From Promethearchaeota archaeon (GTDB lineage Archaea; Asgardarchaeota; Lokiarchaeia; Sigyniarchaeales; SOKP01), in assembly GCA_048938005.1 (NCBI GenBank), contig JBHLMQ010000028.1, forward strand, positions 19,188 to 40,408: DNA of 21,221 nt, given 5' to 3'. The position numbers and the translations under genes are program-made. The notes under the pieces are model-generated. The model did no database searches and was not told the origin of the DNA. It was given only the letters and a program-made list of their open reading frames with translations. This document shows, in pieces, positions 16,793-21,221 of the stretch. Position 1 is the stretch's first letter, and each line of letters opens with the position of its first letter.

Positions 16793-18694
16793 TTACATTG
16801 GAGTTGTAATTGGAGGTTGTGTCAATCCGAGTGCTTTTCTCTTCTCTTCAATATGGTTGATTATCAACTCAGCCTCTTTCTCAGGATCGGGTTCGACTGC
16901 AAAAGTAGCTCCAACAACATCACCTAGTCCTTGTGTAAGAAGCGATGTAACATTTTGACTTCCTAATACTGGAGGTATAGAGCCAAGAACAGTAAATATA
17001 CCAGAAGCAACAACATAGGCTCCAATACTAACTGCCTTTTCTGACATCCATTCTGGCGCAGCACCCGCAACTGGTAAATCACTAATATCTACATTTAAAG
17101 CTTTTGCAATAGCGGCAGCAACATTCATAATTCTGCTTATATCTACACAAGATCCCATATGTAATACGGGAGGAATACCAAGAGCTTTTGCAATTTCTTT
17201 TAATCCTTCACCCGCTTGATCTGCTGCTTCTGGAACCAATAATCCTGCTTTCCCACACGCTATAGCAGAACAACCTGTCTCAACGACCAAAATATCATTT
17301 TCAATTAGCTTTTTTGCAAGGGTCACATGATTATAATCATGTTTAATCTTTGGATTATTACAACCAACAAGAGCTGCTATTCCTCTTATTTTACCATCTT
17401 TTATGGCATCAATGAGAGGTTGAGCGGTCCCACCAAGAGCATTTATTATAGCTTCAGTAGAAAATCCAGCCATTAATTTAACAGGATTTTTAGGAATGCT
17501 CACTTTATTAGGATTTCTATTTTTATAATTCTCAATAGCCTCTCTAATTATATTTTTACCGATTTCATATGCACGTTCTGGTTCAAACTCCATATGCATA
17601 GCCCCTTGCATTTTTGCTTTAGGAGATGTTGTTATTAATTTAGTATGATAACAGCTCGCTATGGATGGCAATGAAGGCATAAGACACTGGTAATCAACAA
17701 CCATGGCTTCAATAGCACCAGTGATGAGGGCAAGTTCTTGTACTAAGAAATTACCAGCAACGGGAATTCCCTTTCTCATTAGTAGTTCATTAGATGTACA
17801 ACAAATTCCACCTATATTAATACCATTAGCTCCATTTTGTTTTGCTAAATCAATCATTTCCTGATCTCTAGATGCATCCACAACCATTTCAGATAAAACA
17901 GGATTATGTCCATGAACAATAATATTCACCATATCTTCCTTTAATACAGCTAAATTTACTGAAGTCTCTTTTGGCTCTGGTGTTCCAAATAATATATCAC
18001 TAAATTCTGTAGCTAACATGGATCCCCCCCAACCATCACTAAGCGACGCTCTAAGACCATGCAATAATATATTTACATAGTCAGCACCAACACCTATATG
18101 TGTACGATGCATGATTTCGACTATCTCTCTATCAATACTTCTTGGCCAAATACCAAGATTTTTCCATAAATCTTTTCTTTTATCTGGTGCTCTTTCTGCA
18201 AACTGAATGGTATTTTTAATCATCCCAAATTCTTCCATTGCTTTTTCAGCTAAGTCTTTAGCAATTTCTTCCTTTGGTCTAGTATCTGTGAAAATATCAT
18301 ATTCTTGAGCTATTCTTTTCAATTTTTCTTCATCAGTAATTTTATATCCTAGAGTTTTACCCTCAGCAGTTAAGTGAAGTACTTCAACAATATCTCTTCC
18401 ATGATCAGAATGAGCAGCAGCTCCAGCAGCAATCATTCTTGATAAATTTCTAGCTACAATAATATCTGAATCAGCACCACATACTCCTCGGGTTGGTTCA
18501 TCACCAAAAGGATTAATTCTACAAGGGCCCATTACACAATTTCTGCAACATATTCCTAGTAATCCATATCCACATTGCGGTTCTTGAGACTCTAATCTAT
18601 CCCAAGCTGTTTCAATATGTTCTTCAGCAGCTTTTTCTAGTATAGGTTGAGCAGTTCGATCTATTGTCCTTTCTAAAATATCTTTTTTTATCAT
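16793..18694 (-). CDS. cooS: Anaerobic Ni,Fe carbon monoxide dehydrogenase catalytic subunit (CooS type)
   Basis: D/B clusters CGYGLLGICCRNCVMGPC...C. AAAHSDH. C-cluster ligand motifs HGHNP, GICCT, VDYQC, GCNN, TGC and GSCVD. EWMSEKA. SD AGGTGA at 18706-18701. Confidence 0.97.
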   Translation of the reverse strand: MIKKDILERTIDRTAQPILEKAAEEHIETAWDRLESQEPQCGYGLLGICCRNCVMGPCRINPFGDEPTRGVCGADSDIIVARNLSRMIAAGAAAHSDHGRDIVEVLHLTAEGKTLGYKITDEEKLKRIAQEYDIFTDTRPKEEIAKDLAEKAMEEFGMIKNTIQFAERAPDKRKDLWKNLGIWPRSIDREIVEIMHRTHIGVGADYVNILLHGLRASLSDGWGGSMLATEFSDILFGTPEPKETSVNLAVLKEDMVNIIVHGHNPVLSEMVVDASRDQEMIDLAKQNGANGINIGGICCTSNELLMRKGIPVAGNFLVQELALITGAIEAMVVDYQCLMPSLPSIASCYHTKLITTSPKAKMQGAMHMEFEPERAYEIGKNIIREAIENYKNRNPNKVSIPKNPVKLMAGFSTEAIINALGGTAQPLIDAIKDGKIRGIAALVGCNNPKIKHDYNHVTLAKKLIENDILVVETGCSAIACGKAGLLVPEAADQAGEGLKEIAKALGIPPVLHMGSCVDISRIMNVAAAIAKALNVDISDLPVAGAAPEWMSEKAVSIGAYVVASGIFTVLGSIPPVLGSQNVTSLLTQGLGDVVGATFAVEPDPEKEAELIINHIEEKRKALGLTQPPITTPM

Positions 18695-19305
18695 TTTTTC
18701 TCACCTAGTTGTGTCATAGAGAGAGCCATATCACGCCATACTTTTAATAATTCAGGTATCCTTTCTTCAATTGGTACTGCCGCAGCAAATTGTGCTGCTG
18801 TTTTACCAATAGCTCTTCGTTCTTTTTTTATAATTTCATTAATATCTCCATAGGAAAGGGCTCCAGTCTTACAAGCTTCAACACATGCGGGAATCAAATC
18901 ATTTGTGATACGTTCATGACAATTATCACATTTGTTAGCAATTTCTCTCTCTATGGAAACACGCCATGAAGGATTAAACGATACGGCATTAAAAGGACAA
19001 GCAATTGCACACATACCACATTCAATACATTTTTCTTCATTTATCAGAATTATATCAAATTCTTGATCTTTGGTAATTGCTCCAGAAGGACAGACATTTA
19101 TACAAGGTGTTGGATCGCAATGCATGCATTTACCAGGATAAGTCATTACTCCAAAAGTAGGCATTACATGGATTTTTGAAGTAGGTAATGGTTTTTCAGA
19201 AATTGCAGAATAGAGGTTTTTTGTTTCCGAATGTTCCACAGCACAAGCAACTTCACAGTGCTTACAACCAATACAATTCTCAGGTTTGATATAGACATTT
19301 TTCAT
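18691..19305 (-). CDS. cooF: 4x[4Fe-4S] electron-transfer subunit (CooF/DmsB type)
   Basis: CIGCKHCEVAC, CMHCDPTPCINVCP, CIECGMCAIACP and KCDNC...PACVEAC. ATGA overlap with cooS. Confidence 0.92.
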   Translation of the reverse strand: MKNVYIKPENCIGCKHCEVACAVEHSETKNLYSAISEKPLPTSKIHVMPTFGVMTYPGKCMHCDPTPCINVCPSGAITKDQEFDIILINEEKCIECGMCAIACPFNAVSFNPSWRVSIEREIANKCDNCHERITNDLIPACVEACKTGALSYGDINEIIKKERRAIGKTAAQFAAAVPIEERIPELLKVWRDMALSMTQLGEKK

Positions 19306-19584
19306 ATGTGGACTCCCTCTTTTATTTTTTTTTAACTAATTTGTCCAAAATTTTTTTATTAAATTCTTTTGCAGTTATAAAAGAAGATAACACATTATAA
19401 AAATATATATTAAAGAGAAATTTTGGGGAATTTCATATATTAGATTAACTTATAAATATCTCTAAAGATTTTGATTAATTCCATAATTCCAAGAGTTTAA
19501 TTAAAATTAGATTATATTATACTTAATTTAATTTCTAAAATTTATCCAGATTTGTACAATAATCATTGTATTTAAACAAAAGTA

Positions 19585-20121
19585 TTATTTCTCTAAGGAT
19601 TTGTAAATATGTGATATTAATTTTAAAAAAAATTCATCTATACCTGTGCCTGATTTTGCACTGGTTTCAAAATATCCACACGCGGTTAAAAATTGTTTAA
19701 GGTTGTCAGATTCTTCTTTATTAATTACTCTATTCTCAGTATTAATCAAATCAAGCTTATTTCCGACAAGTATACTAGAGAAACGTTCAATCACTTTCTC
19801 TATTTCATCTTTCCAGTTTGTAAGATTTTCAAATGTTTTTTTATTTGTTAAATCAAATACATATACTATTCCTTTTGCACCTTTGTAAAATTCATGTCTA
19901 ACCCATTTAAAGTGTTCTTGTCCAGCTAAATCCCATATCTGTAATGTAATTAATTTCTTAACATTAGGAATTTTAATCCGTTTTACGTAGAAGTTAGAAC
20001 CTATAGTAGCAGCCACATTAGGGGTAAATCGCTTTTCTAAGTATTGATTAAGTAAGGTTGTTTTACCTACCCTATAATCACCAACAATACAAATTTTATA
20101 TAAAGGATATTTAAGCCCCAT
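19585..20121 (-). CDS. Rab-like small GTPase (Ras superfamily)
   Basis: G1 GDYRVGKT, G2 TIG, G3 WDLAGQ, G4 NKLD, G5 ETSAK. No C-terminal Cys tail. Confidence 0.95.
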   Translation of the reverse strand: MGLKYPLYKICIVGDYRVGKTTLLNQYLEKRFTPNVAATIGSNFYVKRIKIPNVKKLITLQIWDLAGQEHFKWVRHEFYKGAKGIVYVFDLTNKKTFENLTNWKDEIEKVIERFSSILVGNKLDLINTENRVINKEESDNLKQFLTACGYFETSAKSGTGIDEFFLKLISHIYKSLEK

Positions 20122-20221
20122 TTTTTATAGAATGAACGGATTTATCTATATATTAATTTAAAATAGATTTATATTTTAATATTCTGTGTACTTATTTATA
20201 AAAGAAGTCAACGAATATTAA

Positions 20222-20440
20222 TTAATATCTTTTTTTCATCCATATCACGTATTGGATTCTTGTGATTAATAAAATTCCAGCTAACAATAATGCTATAGCA
20301 ATAGACATCAATAATGGAGATGCTTTTTCTGGGGAATTTAAAAAACTTACCATCCAAATGATCAGTAGCAAAACAGCGATGAGTATTATTATCAATGAAA
20401 AATTTCTAAGCCTCCTATCAAATTTATCCAATTCTTCCAT
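20222..20440 (-). CDS. Small two-TM membrane protein
   Basis: ATG start, two hydrophobic helices, and basic residues flanking both ends. Confidence 0.65.
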   Translation of the reverse strand: MEELDKFDRRLRNFSLIIILIAVLLLIIWMVSFLNSPEKASPLLMSIAIALLLAGILLITRIQYVIWMKKRY

Positions 20441-20447
20441 TGTAATT

Positions 20448-20461
20448 AAAATTCGAATTTT
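20448..20461. promoter_or_regulatory. Perfect 14-bp palindrome AAAATTCGAATTTT (copy 2), possible regulator site
   Basis: Lies in the divergent intergenic region between the small membrane gene and the methyltransferase. Overlaps the direct repeat AATTAAAATTC (20444-20454, 20464-20474). Confidence 0.3.
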
Positions 20462-20555
20462 TCAATTAAAATTCATATTTAATTTAATATAATTATTAAA
20501 ATGATGTAAAAAATATTTAGATTCCAAATTTAGGGAAGATTTATTTCGAGAAAAA

Positions 20556-21221
20556 ATGGATATACAGAAACAAGGGACAGTATATACACCAGAAAATATA
20601 GCAAATTATATTGCTAAAATTACGATTGAAAAATTTCTATTAGAAAAAATAAATAATTATTTTTCAACTAAAATATCGAGTTTGAACGCCTTATTTAAAA
20701 AATACATTCAAGAAAATGGAAATAATTACGTTTTAGAAGCTTCATCTATTATAAAATATGATAAAGAGCAATTTGAATATATTTTTAGAACATTAAAGAG
20801 TCTAACCGTTTTAGATCCAGCAGTGGGGAGTGGACACTTCATATTAGCGGCTTTAAAGGTTTTAGAAGAATATTATTTTAAGTTAAAACGCTTAGGAATA
20901 ATAAATTGGCCAAATTATAAGATCAGAGAGTATATAATCTCAAATAATTTGTTTGGTGTCGATATTGAGATTAAAGCAATTGAGATTACCAAGCGGAGAT
21001 TAAGTTTAGCTCTTGAAAAAAGGGAAGCATATACAAAGAATGGTAGGACTTTACCAAATATTGAATCCAATTACAAAGTAGGTAATGCTATAATTGGTTT
21101 CATAAATCAATCAGATATTGATAGTTTACATTATACAGACCTAAATGATTGTTTTTATGATGAAATAAAAAGTATTTTTCTAACACACAAAGATTTAAGA
21201 AAGATTAAATTAACAGAAAAA
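20556..21221 (+). CDS. N6-adenine DNA methyltransferase, Eco57I/type IIG-like (3' partial, not in ORF track)
   Basis: My translation from ATG 20556: MDIQKQGTVYTPENIA...TVLDPAVGSGHF...NNLFGVDIEIKAIEITKRRL...LPNIESNYKVGNAIIG. Open to the window end (222 codons). Confidence 0.88.
   Translation, partial: MDIQKQGTVYTPENIANYIAKITIEKFLLEKINNYFSTKISSLNALFKKYIQENGNNYVLEASSIIKYDKEQFEYIFRTLKSLTVLDPAVGSGHFILAALKVLEEYYFKLKRLGIINWPNYKIREYIISNNLFGVDIEIKAIEITKRRLSLALEKREAYTKNGRTLPNIESNYKVGNAIIGFINQSDIDSLHYTDLNDCFYDEIKSIFLTHKDLRKIKLTEK

Noticed and set aside
19417-19570. Short inverted repeats upstream of cooF (GAAATT-n6-AATTTC; TACAAT-n4-ATTGTA) as CO-sensor sites
   Set aside because: Six-bp arms are expected by chance in very AT-rich DNA, and there is no match to the CooA-type TGTCA-N6-CGACA site.
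566-20492. Short overlapping ORFs in the track (566, 1211, 1295, 1557, 4149, 5826, 6840, 9057, 11129, 12158, 13826, 14103, 14461, 15958, 16709, 19646, 20262)
   Set aside because: They are antisense or alternative-frame shadows of well-supported genes and show no recognisable motifs.
20501-20555. Possible frameshifted 5' extension of the methyltransferase (ATG at 20504, one base out of frame with KKYLDSKFREDLFREK)
   Set aside because: It cannot be separated from chance without homologue alignment or reads, and ATG 20556 already retains the first conserved motif.

Overview
AT-rich, gene-dense prokaryotic DNA with about 23 protein-coding genes. By eye I see no rRNA, tRNA, CRISPR array or transposase. 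A Rab-like small GTPase, a longin-like/TPR protein, TATA-like boxes about 25-30 nt before many starts and oligo-T ends suggest an Asgard archaeon, probably Lokiarchaeia (inference, not a database result). Genes in order: partial membrane protein, ICMT/PEMT-family methyltransferase, sphingosine-1-phosphate-lyase-like PLP enzyme, URO-D-family protein, radical SAM, QueT-like transporter, longin/TPR protein, flavodoxin, GDT1 transporter, 4-hydroxybutyrate/acetyl-CoA transferase, BpsA-like polyamine synthase fused to a pyruvoyl AdoMet decarboxylase, stand-alone E2-type acyltransferase, ARPP-1-like gene with a wHTH partner, SHOCT protein, hypothetical protein, COG1237-type MBL hydrolase, a cooF-cooS-FAD oxidoreductase operon, Rab-like GTPase, small membrane protein, and a partial DNA methyltransferase missing from the ORF track. 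The best novelty candidates are: (1) the BpsA-SpeD fusion (9542-10963), with nested palindromes over its start; (2) the wHTH + ARPP-1 module with twin TTTTACnGTAAAA boxes; (3) a minimal bacterial-type Ni-CODH operon with no cooC, ACS or hydrogenase nearby. All family calls come from motif recognition only.
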